Shown in pieces: positions 14,451-27,900 of a stretch of 64,000 nucleotides of DNA. The stretch is from Ruditapes philippinarum. Its lineage: Eukaryota. Each line of letters opens with the position of its first letter. Within the stretch, counting starts at the first letter, position 1. The stretch spans positions 62,001 through 126,000 of the forward strand of contig NW_026852366.1 in the NCBI RefSeq assembly GCF_026571515.1, written 5' to 3'. Under the pieces are notes generated by a model, which searched no databases, was not told where the DNA came from, and was given only the letters and a program-made list of their open reading frames with translations. A program made the translations under genes and the position numbers.

Positions 14451-16238
14451 CTTTTTCAAAATGTTACTGATGGGGAATCTGACATACTATTCTTCAAATC
14501 TGACAAGAGATCTGAAGGCGAATGTATATGTTTCGCAATTTATTCTTTCGTTTTCAATTTTTAATAGGCAAGATTGTTTTTTCCCATTTATCTGTCGGCT
14601 ATACGGACAAAGGCCATGTTTGGTCTCGAAATCGTAAGAATACCTACTCAATATTGGTTTTCCCAGGGTTGAAATTAGAAACCATATCGCTTTCAAAATT
14701 ATGAAAGCTCGCCGATGATTGGCTGTGTGAATGGTCACCGGAAATGATTACGTATTTGGTCACGGTCAGACCTAAAAGCAAGATTTGTTTAGAGACGATT
14801 TTAATCAGATTGGCTGTTCTTTATACCAGGTATATTTGAGACCCACGATTTAAGTAATGCAATAAACTGAAGTGACGTAATTGTTTGCAGAAATGACACT
14901 TTGAGGAATTCTAAGTAAAAGACCATCTTTTGAAGCCAGACGTACAGATAACATTTGAAGCTGTGTCTAACTTACACTCTATAGTGAGGGAAACAATTCA
15001 AGCTGAAGAAATAATACTCTTTGTACTTTTCAATACTGCATGCACTTATGTTCCTGATAAAACTTCTTTAAGAAATTTTCTATTAAAAATCAAAAAATTG
15101 TTCTAGTCTTAAGAATTTTGACCAAGAAATTTTCGTTCTTGTGGCTTATCACATGAGGCTTAGCTAAAGCCAAGTACTTAAAGGTAGTTAACCGATTTTT
15201 AACAAGCACACCCTCATGTTAATATTAGCAAACATGCACTTTTCTTGTCCACACAACCTTTTTGAAAGGTTTATATTTAGCAAAAATAAGATAATTCTAG
15301 TATATACATTAAATGAAAAGTAGAAAAAAATGTAAACTCAAGATTTTTCTAGAAATCATAAAAGAACTTTTCAAAAATTTAATCCCGGCCTTAAAAGTAT
15401 GAAAACTGAGCCTGGTTGGTTTGCATAACTACAATTGTATATAAACTGATTAAATAACCTTTCTGAAAAATTGTACCTTATCAATAACTGTTACAATAAG
15501 AATGACCTACTTTTAAATTCTGCCCTTTGACAAAATGGGCGGATGGCGCTTTGTTTTTTTCTCGTAAGAGAAGGGGAATCTTGTGATGCGTGTTTGGTGT
15601 CGCAAGGTCACTTACCTTAAAATATGTCCTCGGTGCTTGTCAATTTTAGAAATTCAAAATAACATTCTCATAATCTGTAACTGAATAAGGATTAACTTAC
15701 TCCCAATAAAACCTTGCTTAAGTCTGTGCTAGTCGTTTATTTCTTTTCTTGACACTATTTTACTACGTATCCAAATAGGCGCGACGTTTGAATTAATTGT
15801 TAAACAATCGTTTATCATCTTGAACTGTTTATGCGACATAAACATAAATAATCAAAAGTGAAAACATGCGCAATACATGTGTTTAACAACCGACAGTAGT
15901 TAATTGGTATCGCAAATTTGATGTGCAAATGTTTTGTTTATTTAGTGACATGAAATAGACAAAAGAGGAATCTCTAAAGAACGTCAAAAAGTAGCAGGAT
16001 TGAATATGATGCAGGTTTGGTTTCATTGACGCTGTTCATACAAGACAATACTGCAAAATACAAGCTTCTCTTTTACGCCCAAATCACCGACCTAGGCAGA
16101 ATTCAGCATGAAATTGCAACATTTTGAATTTAGAAACATCCACACATACGGCGGTTATCTGCTAGACGTGGCAGTTCACCCAAACCACATGACAGGCAGT
16201 CTTATGGAATATGACCAAACAAAGAGGATGCTATTTAT

Positions 16239-17122
16239 CACCCCAGTTAGGGCCCAGTTACACAGACGGTCGGTCCCCAATCGGTCATTTAATTTTAAAT
16301 TTACTCGCTGCTATGATCGGTTGTCATGCGTGATTTTATTTTAGGTTTTCTGTGTAAACGGCCATCGGTGACAGAAAGCAAACTCAAACGGGAATGGGTC
16401 GATGATTAAATGCTGAAATACTTTTGTTTTTTATCGTTTGTAAATCGGAGCTAAATCGGGCGTAACACTGCCATATCGGTGATAAATACGATGTCATCGG
16501 TCCACTCCATAATTTGGCTAAAAAAACTGCCGATCAATCACCGATGGCTCTGTGTAACTGGGGTGTTAGTTTTTTAGCCAAATTATGGAGTGAACCGATG
16601 ACAACGTATTTATCACCGATATCACTTATTGGTCACCTGTTTTCCACCTATCAACTGTTATTGGGGAAAGATAAGTTTCATCGGTGAAAAATTACCGATT
16701 GGGATTTTTAAACACGTTTAAAATTCTCGATCGGTGAAAATGTTTTAAAAATAACCGACGGCAACCTATATCAAGAGATATACAAGCTCTTAATCACCGA
16801 TATCGCCGATCGGACAAAGATAACCAAATATGAATCACCGTCCATTTCTGACGGAAAGTGTTTTACCACTGATGACTAGCTATCAAACACCGATTAATCA
16901 GCGTTACGCCCGATTTAGCTCCGATTTACAAACGATAAAAAACAAAAGTATTTCAGCATTTAATCATCGACCCATTCCCGTCGTTTGAGTTTGCTTTCTG
17001 TCACCGATGGCCGTTCACACAGAAAACCAGAAAAAAAATCACGCATGACAACCGATCATAACAGCGATTAAATTTAAAATAAAATGACCGATTGGGGTCC
17101 GACCGTCTGTGTAACTGGGCCC
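16239..17122. mobile_element. PIF/Harbinger-like MITE with a shorter copy of the same family nested in opposite orientation (inner copy 16250-16565)
   Basis: Inner copy termini GGGCCCAGTTACACAGA / TCTGTGTAACTGGGGTG, flanked by TTA on both sides (16247-16249, 16566-16568). Outer copy starts CACCCCAGTTA (16239) and ends GTGTAACTGGGCCC followed by TAA (17122). TWA target sites are characteristic of PIF/Harbinger. Confidence 0.75.
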
Positions 17123-17125
17123 TAA

Positions 17126-17295
17126 GGGGCGATGACCTAGTGGTAAAGGTGTCTGCCTCTCAACCCTGGATCATGGGTTCGAGTCCTAATCGGGTCACGA
17201 CCATGTTTCTTCATTTGACACCATTTCTGGTTGGTTCCAGGAGGTGGACAAGAAAGTGATAATATAAGTTGCAAGAACTTGTTTTGGAATCGAGC
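17126..17295 (+). mobile_element. tRNA-derived SINE
   Basis: Box A-like gacctagtggt and box B ggttcgagtcc, followed by a non-tRNA body; no complete cloverleaf. Confidence 0.7.
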
Positions 17296-17299
17296 TTAA

Positions 17300-17672
17300 C
17301 CCATTACTTCATGAGCATTTTGTGAAAAATGGCTGTTTTCATTGAAAAGTCTCCCGTTACAAGTTCAAATTGCTATATTACTATAAAAACTGCTCCAATT
17401 CTAATCAAACTTAGCACAAATGTTGACTGGACGATTGCCTTTGTAACAACATGCTCAGGCTAAAATTTCCTGTTACCATGACAAAGAGGGGACATCTCAA
17501 TATTGCCAAAAATTACTTTTTTGCGTTGATTTTCCATCAAAATTGATTTCAAAGTGCTGCAACTTATCAATGGATTGAGATAGAGTCAAAGGCTTTTCAG
17601 CTTTGGTTACACGTTACCTTATAATGACTAGGGTCATTTTTAGCCTCTCACAAGCGGATGCTAAGGGAAAAG
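17300..17672 (+). mobile_element. TTAA-associated non-autonomous DNA element (shorter copy of the 58226-58835 family)
   Basis: Colinear similarity to 58226-58570 (atgagcat..tgt.aaaa.tggc, ttcattgaaaag, aatttcctgttaccatg, tgagatagagt.aaaggcttttcagc). Begins after TTAA and ends near gggaaaag. Confidence 0.65.
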
Positions 17673-18039
17673 TTTTATATCATGTCCGGACCTTCCTTGC
17701 CAATCACAATGAGGAGTCAGAAGTAAAAATTTAAAAGTAAACAAAGAAAAAAGTATAAACAGAAAGAAAGACTTTTAAAGGCTTTAAATATTATAAAATT
17801 TAAACTATGTAAATTAAAGGTGAACATCTACGGATACATAAGAATTACGAAATTCATTTTAATTCACATTTAAATATCCTTTATAATACTTGAATATATA
17901 CATAATATGATAAAACTATATACAATAAAAAAAATGTCCAGTATTTGTTTCCATCACGTGTTCCGACTTTTGCTATCTGTCCCTTATAAATTTCTACTAC
18001 AAAGAGCACATCCATTCTAATAAAAAAGAGATTTCATAG

Positions 18040-18900
18040 TAATATCCCGACAAACATTTTGTTAGGCTTTTATCTCATCATTATAAAGCATATCTATCGA
18101 ATATTTTAAGAAATTACTTTTACATACTCCTGATACACATTTTGGAATGTATTTAGAATATTTGTTTTTGAATTTCTTTACAAACTCATGTTGGAAAGTA
18201 GCAATTCTATCATTTTGAAACGTATATATGCTATCTATCATTTTAGAACGCAGACATTCCATCATTTTGCAACTTCTTTATGCTATCACTTTGGAACGTA
18301 TTTATGCTATCATTTTAGAATGTAGTCATTCTATCATTTTGAAACATATATATGCTTTCATTTTGGAATGTATTTACACTATCATTTGAAAACTATTCAT
18401 TTTATCATTTTGGAACGCATTTATGCTATCATTTTTTGAAATGGTAATCGTTTTCGACCTTATTGATAATATCATTTGAGAACTTATTTACAATAACATT
18501 TTGAAACTTATTGATAATATCATTTTGGAACTTATCTAGTGTAATAATATCATTTTGGAATTTATTTACACTATTATTTGGGATCGTATATACACCACTA
18601 TTTATAAACGTAGTTATGCTGTCATTTTGGAATGCAGTCATTTTATCGGTTTAGAATGAATTTACATTAAAAATATGCCATTTTTGAACGTTAAAATCAT
18701 AATATATGATGAAAAAAACTCATTATTACATAATCCCAATACATATTTTGGAACATATTACACTTATTTCTGCCATTTTGGAACGTTTATGTCTTATAGT
18801 CCAAATACATATTTTGGAACATATTTACACTTCTGTCTGTCAATTTTGAACGTATTAATCTTATTGTCCCGGAACACATGTTGGAACGCAAAGCTCTTCA
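18040..18900 (-). repeat. Degenerate ~24-nt tandem repeat array immediately 3' of GH128-2
   Basis: Units resemble cattttggaacgtatttatgctat on the + strand. The first unit overlaps the last codons of the gene. Confidence 0.8.
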
Positions 18901-21900
18901 GGTTTATCGCACTCTCCCACTCGTAACTTTTGTATCCGTTCAACCTCTTTGCTTGAAAATAAAATATACATTGATATGAATAAAACATACATTTATCAAC
19001 GAAGTCGCATTTTGCTATCATGTCTATGGTGCGTTTTTATTGTAAGTCACAGACATAGACAAAATTGAATCTTATTTGCTATAGCTTTGCCTCATGTCTC
19101 ATATTCAGTCTAAAACATACATTTTGAAACAAATAATCTTCACCAATGAGACACAATCTTTGCGAAGGTTCTGTTTTGAAACGTACAAATTAAAGGTCAG
19201 CAGATACAAAATAAAATACATACAAAAATACATGGTATTTTGTCACTTTTGGCGGCCACATTGGCGACCATCTTGAATTTTTGTACTTTTGCCCGGACTT
19301 CGTAACTTAAGAAATGGGTTTTTAGAAACTACAAACAATATGCTTTATAATGGCAATGTTCTTTTTTGTGATACAGTGAACTGCAATAAAAAACAGCCAT
19401 TTTTTCATAAATTACAGAGTTAAACCAAATCCGACGTTTATCAAATAAACTCAATTCCCCCATTTCTATAGAGACTTTTCGGCCTTAGACTAATGCTTTT
19501 CACATTGACTTCCGGTAAATTATAAGTCTACTTGCAATCCATTGTAAAGTAATTGCCGCACTAATTACGATTAATACGTATGCTACTTCATGCCAAACAT
19601 ACGCAAGAAATATTTTGTAACATAAAGTAATACGAATTGCTTTATGTTTCATTATGTAAATTTGTTAATAAGATATATTTTAGAGAATTTGTTTGGAATG
19701 ATAGCATAAATATAATTATGTTTTTCCATATCTGTATTCCCTATAGGTAGTTCTTTCCTTAATCCGTGCGATACACTATTACCAGGGTGGATGATCACGT
19801 TACATATTTGTATAAGTAAATTTGGGTCAACGCTAATGGCCGCGCGCATCGCTTAAATTTATGTTTTCTTATTTAGGTCATATCTTTCAAAATTAAAATA
19901 GCATATATTTAAATACCAAATTCCAGTCAAATTTTTGCCGTTCCGATGTAGCTCTCTTTTTCGGCCATAGGCCGTCTGTTTTCGGTTGGACTTCCTGTAA
20001 AATGTACAGGGAATAACTTAATATAATGTTAGAATTTCAGTGATCATTTAAAAATTACAATCTGAAATCTCGGAATCCGATTGGCCATTGTAAAATTAGT
20101 AAACTAACATAAACGATGTTTCGGACATGGTATACGCGTCAAATTTTTAATTGGTCTATAGGAGGTCTGGAAACGATCTATTTACATTGATAACATATAT
20201 AAGCTCTTTCACTATCAAGTGTTATTTCAGATACATAAATTCGAGATGATACAGTAAAATAAATTCCAATAAAAGGCTCAATATCATAATCTGTATGATA
20301 TAGTGGCTGATTTGGAACGTTATTCTGCGTCGTGTTGGTGCTAGCGACGACAGGACAGGGCGCCAAACGACGCGTTGTTGGATTTTCTTTGTGTTGTCCT
20401 GTCGCTAACGATGTATGTCAACGACGCGTTGTCGTGCGGCGTGTTGTCGCGATGTCACATTGTCGCTCAGTTCAAATCAAAGGATTGGATTATAAGTCAG
20501 GCGACAGGGCGACATCGCGACAACGCGCCGCACAAGAACGCGCCGTTTGACGTACATCGTTAGCGACAGGATGACAAGACGAAAATCCGACAACGCGCCA
20601 GTTGGCGCTTTGTCATGTTGTCGCTAGCGACAAGACGAAAAAGCGATAACGAATCAGGTTGCGTTGTCGTTATCGACAATGCAATGCACAATGCACGAAA
20701 TCAGCTACCATAGTATGATATCCTCAGATTCGATATGCAAATAAGCAAGTTTTAATTCGGCCAAGCATCTTATGTAAGGATGATACGTCTTGTTATTTCC
20801 GTTATGCTTGCAGAAGTTTTTCTATGCGATCGGCATTGTCAATATTTGCCTGGAGCATGGTATATGTTTATTTTTCAAATATTGAAAGATGCAACGAACA
20901 AAAAGCAAATACTTTTTTAATCAGGGGCACGGTCATTAGCGGTGACCCAATGGTAACCTTATAACTCTCTCAAATTACTGAACATTGATGCTATACTTAG
21001 GTTATATCTAACAATGAATCGAACAGATTCAACACGATTGAGGAATAATGTCAATGATTCCTCTTGTTTTATATACAGGTTTAACTAGAGCAAGTCGAAA
21101 TATATAAAAATATATTAATATTCACCTGATGGCACTGTTTTGTATTGTATTAACATCGCAGCACATGATTGCAGTAAACGCCTGTTGTATCCTGTCCATG
21201 AGAACCGTCTCTGATGCTGTCTGGTAAAGTGCTTGTACATTTTTAGACAATGTATCTGACTGCCGTTTTACATATTTAAGCATTTTGCTCAGGTCAGATG
21301 GATTGGTTTTGTATGACTGCAGTATTAGTAGCGTCTCTTCTGTACTGAATTCAGTGCTCCCGCAGTTGTTATTATTGTTGTTTGTGGTAGTGGTTACCTG
21401 TGCAGGTGTGGAAGTGGTAGTTACACTTGGTTCATTTGTGATAACTGCTGTACTTGGTTCATTTGTAATGACTGTTACTGTAATGAAAAGTTTACATGTT
21501 GCATTTCCATCTAGCACAATTACAGCTAGCGCGCGCTCAAACAATGTAATTAAAAGCATGGAGATTAGGCAAAGTGTCATGAGTATATGTCCCGTTCCAC
21601 ACTTTTAGATCAAATATATTATATTGACTTTAATTCTCTAAAGAGCAATTAACTGTGCCGTCAGTGGACAAGTACATTGGAACCAAGTATAATACACGTC
21701 CTGTTGCACAGATACCTCTTGCGTGCCCACTGGGTGACCAGATGGAACCGTCGGACATTTGGACAGTCTAATCAGACTCTATTGCGACTGTTGATTAATT
21801 CTAACATTTTATGTAATAGTCGCTCACCTTCGTACGTGAAAGTCTCAGAGTCAAGTACAAGTATGATAGGTTCATAACAAGTCGGTTCCATGTATTTATC

Positions 21901-24900
21901 GTAAAGAAACTTCTTTGGTAACTGTTTATAGTAAATGTACTTGTAAATAAGCGCAAATTAAATATTATTTTAGTCCTATCCCGCCCCATGTAGAATAGAA
22001 ATGGCTATATTGCAGCTTTAGTGTTACGATTACAAATCCTGATGTTTCGCAAACACATTGCTATATCTTTTAAAACAGCGGGAATACAATACTTTTGTGA
22101 GAATGAGACAAGACAGAACTTGTGTTTTCGAAGTTATTTTAAAAATAAACCTTGAGAATTGATAAAAATGATCATCCTGCATTTATTTCCCTTCCTGAAC
22201 TAAGCTCGCTTTAAGGGTTACAAATCTAACTGAGCTTGTAGGCAAGCAGTCATGTTGGTATTTTTCCTTAAAATAAAGTCTCACAAAGGAAAACGAAAAA
22301 ATTAACAAAAGGATTATTCCAATATTACCCGAAATTAATCGCTATTTGCTGATTCATCAGGGTTCGTAAGATGTTTATCATGTAATTAGCCCAATAACCC
22401 ACAATTTGTTTTGTGTGTTAATGTAAGACTTACCCGCCTCTCCTTGATAATTATTGTAGAAGCGACCAAGTTCAGTAAGTTCAGATCGATCTTGCGCCAG
22501 AAGACTGGCGGCTTTGGTGATGAATCCTGAGACTGTTTTTAGTCTAGCACTGTACCATGCATATCTACGAATGAAAAACAAAACACAACATAATCGACAA
22601 AATTACCCTTTTATTCAAAACATTATTCGAATGAAAAGTTCGATAACACCATATAACGGCTGTAATAGGCTATTCGTAAACCAAATGATTCAGGTGCACT
22701 AGTCCCTAACTGCCATATGTTCGAACTCATCCATGACCCCTGGGTCATTTCATGTGAGGAGCTACGTAATTACGGAAGGCCGAAAGCAGTATACTTGTTT
22801 ATGGTTGGCAAAATCCATGAACGAATATTTGAAATATTTCACCACCTATAAGCTTTATAATTATAATTCTCAAATGGTAAGGGGAGTTCTACGTGAATTC
22901 CAAACAAAATGATATCATATTAAAATTAATACATTTAAATCACCTATGAGAATACTATTCATTTGAAATACATTCAAATAACCTCTAATTAAAGCATTTG
23001 AGTAGATAATTTTAAAATTATATATTTTGTCTCCGGTATATTTACCTAAATATGAATTCAGCCGCTTCTAATTGTGGTAACATGTCTTGCATAAAATACA
23101 ATTGTTCAAGCTCATATGGCGATTCTTTGCACGCAAACTCTGTCAGCCAAATTTTTCGTCCGTATCTCAGATACAAGCTCTCCAAATACGCCATTGTTTT
23201 GACCGCGTCACACCAATATGTGTGAGTAGCGAGGTAATCCACTCGGCAGTTTATACAGAGTTCGAAAAACTTGTCAAACCATTCGATTTCAGTGCTTCTA
23301 CAGTTCTCGCCACACTCTGCCGCAGATGGGCTCACTAGTGGTTTCCCTTTGGAATTCTTTTCAACTTCTATCCATGCTGCGGCTGCTTTTTCAGGTGACA
23401 TATTGGACTGCGCTCCGTGATTTGGTTCATTGAAACCGAGGACGAATTCAGCGGCATCGTCAATTATGATGACGGTGTCACTCCAGTATCCCCAAACCAT
23501 GGGAACATAGTTGTATTTGTAGTTATCGATTGAAGAAACACAAATATTGTTCTCGTGGAAATAACTTAGATTCATTCTGAAGTCAAACCTGTAAAAAAGT
23601 TAACAAACAAATCATCTTTAAATGTTTACTGTCATATTTTTATTTTACTAAACAATCAAAGGTCTGTTCCTTGTTTAATTATTGTTGATTTTGTTATTTG
23701 TACAACAATATTAAGGGAGAAATTTGAAGAACGTAAAACATCATCGGTTTTAAGTACGGGAGCTGAGTATTATCTTTGAAAGAAATTATCTTAGTCTTTG
23801 TTCCAATTACGTAAATTATTTCATTTGTGTAAGTACATTCATTTTTTTATATTTTATTTTCCAACCTTATATCTTCGTGGTAGGTATATATAGTAGATGA
23901 TAAAAAACGTAATAAAATATGACATGAAAACACAATAATTTAAAATATGGTTCCGGGCAAATTTAGAAAAAGAAGAAAAAGAAAAACATAACAACATAAC
24001 CAAAACCACTCGAAACAACCAAAATTCAGTTTGATTGTATATTTTATTATTATTATATTCATATTTTATTGTTTAAAATGAAGACCGTAAGTATAACGAG
24101 TGCAAAAAGTCGTAAATACAGAAATGCTTTTGATCTTTAATCTGATGTCCTTTATATCCCGCAAGCAGGAAAATTATCTACATTTCTTAACATCCATATT
24201 TATGAAAGCCTAGACACATATCCGTATTTTATCTTTTTTATTATTTTTTTTTCTTTTTCGTTTAACCAGTCATAATTTCAAGTTTAATCATTAAAAATAA
24301 TAAACTGTGTTAAAAAAAGAGACAAAAGTTCAAAAAAGTTATCTGTTTTATTATTGATGTGCGTTGATGAAAAATGACAGTCTTGACCTTTTATATTACA
24401 TAAATCAGCACATAAATCAAAAGAATATCAATAAATGAGCCGCGTCATGACAAAACCAACATAATGGGTTAGCGACCAGCATGGATCCAGACCAGCCTGC
24501 GCATCCGCGCAGTCTGATCAGGATCCATGCTGTTCGCTATCAGTTTCTTTACTTGCTATAGGGTGTGTAAGCGAACAGCATGGATCCTGATCAGACTGCG
24601 CGGATGCGCAGGCTGGTCTGGATCCATGCTGGTCGCAAACCCACTATGTTGGTTTTGTCATGACACGGCTCAAATAATTTACGGTCAACTGTGTCTTCTT
24701 TGATCTTCATTTTATGAAAAAAGCGGTTATCGAATCAAAATGTTTGAAATATTTGATATTTATCAATGAATGAAAAGTAGTTTAACATACCTGACATGTT
24801 GTTTTTTTTATTTGATTAAATCATCAAATAAATCTATTACATAATTGAAGGCAAAAAACAAATAAGATATAAACTAAAGCACTTTATTTCACCGATTTTT

Positions 24901-27900
24901 TTTCACATTTAACTGTTTTTGTCTAGGTTAATTTATTTATGATGTTTAAATTACTTGTTTGATATTTATCTTAACAGCATCCTTTACATCAGTTTTACTT
25001 GTTGCAAAATACATTTGTTGTCTCTACATTTAAGAGTGAGAGGACTCCTTATTCTGGCTAGTTTCCTTATGGAGAAAATCAAAATATTGTGGGCGAAATA
25101 GGACAGTAACAGGAAGTTGGCACTGACATTCGAAAATCGAATGTTTAAGAGCAAGTTCGAAGGTAGCTGAATACTTTCCGACCGAAATTTGACAAAATTT
25201 CAGATCTTGATGCCTTTTGTTAGGCAAGCATACAGATCTGTAAGCTTTTATTCTGCAGCAATATTTTGTAATCAATAACTATGGTACTGTATATAGTAAC
25301 AAAATCTAGGGTATTTCAAGGCCATTATGGCAAGATCTAGGTCATTATGCAATGTGGGCCGCCTTGTTACTCGGCATTACTTGTCCATATTGGGCGAGTG
25401 AATGTCACTTTTAGTCCTTAAGTTAATCACATAAATGTAGCAGACAATTAATTAAAAAAAATACACGCATATGTTTATAAACAGACATAAATTATTCTAA
25501 TTTTCTCATGCAACTAAATTCCCGTACATAATGTTCCTGTACTAAGAGTGAGCCCGCTGCATCACAAATCGTCTTTCACTCTACTTTAACATCAACACAC
25601 ACCGTATTACGGGTGGAAGTGATGGCAGATCATTGCAGTGATGGCATATAGCTGAAAAATACCGCTCGGTACAGGTAGGTTATAAATTTGGTTGGTATTA
25701 TTACATTACACAAAAAACGGCCCATTTCATTGCTATGAAACTATTGTCCATTGACTGAAGATACTGTTAGGTAATTTTGGACTCGTTTTTTCCTGTTTTT
25801 AGACTATTTTGAGCAGGATAAATGTGACAGCTTCAGAAAAATCCGTGAAAATGTCTGTTTTTTTGTTCAAAGTATCTCAAGTTTTAACTTAATGGCAGGA
25901 TTTCGTGTTATTAATATAGAAGTTCATCCTTTGGGGTCACGCAAGGCAAATATCTACATCGTGAGTCTTTTCTTGAAAGTTTTACAGACGTTCAATCTGG
26001 TCCGGTCGAAGAAAAAAATGCTGCCGTTGTAGGCAGATACTTTTTTTAAATGCTGCCGTCGATGGCAGAAATACCATGAAAGTGGCTAACATTCTGACAG
26101 AAAATCAAGGTCAATCTTTCATCAATTCCTCGATCTATTCTTTGCGCCCTTTTAGCCGGAATTGAGATTTCTAATATTTTCTCAAGGAAGAAAAGTTATT
26201 AATGCGGTATGTGCATCGAACAAGCTTTTTAGCAACACGCAGATAGAATACAAAATGTGATGATTCAGTACGACCAAATTGCACTATAAATAGAGCAATT
26301 AAGATGAAGAAATTCAGTTTTCTATATTCATGCATGTGTGCTTGATCTGTTGTGTCTGTCATTTACCGCTCGGTACAGGTAGGTTATAAATTTAGTTGGT
26401 ATTATTATATTACACAAATACGGCCCATTTCATTGCTATGAAACTATTGTCCATTGACTGGAGATACTGTAAGGTAATTTTGGACTAGTTTTTCCTGTTT
26501 TTAGACTATTTTGAGCAGGATAAAAGTGACAGCTTCAGAAAAATTCGTGAAAATGTCTGTTTTTTGTTCAAAATATCTCAAGTTTTAACTAAATGGCAGG
26601 ATTTTGTGGTTCATCCTTTGGGGTCACGCAAGCCAAATATCTACCCCGTGAGTCTTTTCCTGAAAGTTTTACAGACGTTCAATCTGGTCCGGTCGAAGAA
26701 AAAAATGCTGCCGTTGTAGGCAGATACTTATTGTATCGAATTGTTCGAATGACAATAATCTGGCAATATGCACCAGAGCACTTGGTGACGAAGCTTCTGT
26801 GAAACATGAACGTTACAAACCCTGGTTTCGTGGAAGCGCGGAATTTCTTGATTAAAAATCAGGGGGAAGCTAAAATAACTAAATGATATTTAACTTACAA
26901 TACTCGAAATATGTAAAAGAATATATCTCTCTTTATGATTTAATATACAAATCTATACGTATACACTCCAATTTAATTTAAATAATAAAATATAATTTAA
27001 TATAGGAAAGTTGTGCTACAATGGAAAAAATAAGAAATAACTCTCCTTTTTCGTGAAATTGACTTAATTTTTGAAAATCTTATGAAATGGTAAGATTATC
27101 TTAGAATCAATTAATAATAGAATTGAAAAGTGTCGTCATTAAAGTTAGAACTGCTGAAGTTAAAAGCAAAATAACTAAAGTGGTCAACGAAGCCGTTTGA
27201 ATTTAAACAACTTAACTAATAATGACGTAGAGCGAATTCATTTTTTAAAACCATTTTGAACATTCTGTTTATATTCCATTGATTGAATATGTGGCATATT
27301 GTATATATTTTTTAGTCATTCATATTTGGCATCTAGACTATATGTATTTGACGTCCTCTAAAGTTTGAATGTCGTATACATTACCTGTAGACTCACAGCG
27401 CCGTGTAATCCATTGAATTTCAATGGCATGCAAGATAAATATTATATCTATAAACTATGTGTTCATATATCATAGAAATTCAAGGGTTAGAAACCAGTAT
27501 TCGTAATATATTTCAAGTATAGAACCTATAATAACTCAAGTATAGAATCATATGCATTTTATTTGTGGTTCTTCAACACCTATAGCGTTCAAGTACAATT
27601 AAAAGTCATATTTTCTTCTACAACGCTTTATACAATCTGCTAACAACCTTTGTTGTTTTTCTAACAAATTGCTTAATTGATATGAACCTTGTCATGACAA
27701 AACCAACATAATGGGTTTGCGACCAGCATGGACCTATGCTGGTCGCAAACCCATTATGTTGGTTTTGTCGTGACGAGGCTCATATATTTTTATTTACCTC
27801 CTAAAAGTTTTTCATCACTTGTTGTCAATCCAACAAACTCATTTCATTTGCAAACATAGCAGTTCCTTGACTTAGGTATTACTTATAAACTTATTATCAC

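Noticed and set aside
17126-17200. tRNA gene
   Set aside because: Only the A/B boxes are recognisable, the stems do not close, and it continues into a SINE-like body.
18040-18900. CRISPR-like array
   Set aside because: The units are degenerate and abut each other without unique spacers; the context is eukaryotic with no cas genes.
20959-21007. Alternative last exon for GH128-2 (RYNLSIASMFSNLREL*)
   Set aside because: It has an AG and fits the phase, but shows no similarity to the paralogues, whereas 18861-18951 matches their last exons.
21478-21580. Hydrophobic N-terminus of ORF 21122-21580 as the signal peptide of a separate small gene
   Set aside because: It lies upstream of a good acceptor at 21478-21479 and has no counterpart in paralogues 1 or 3, so it is probably intron read-through.
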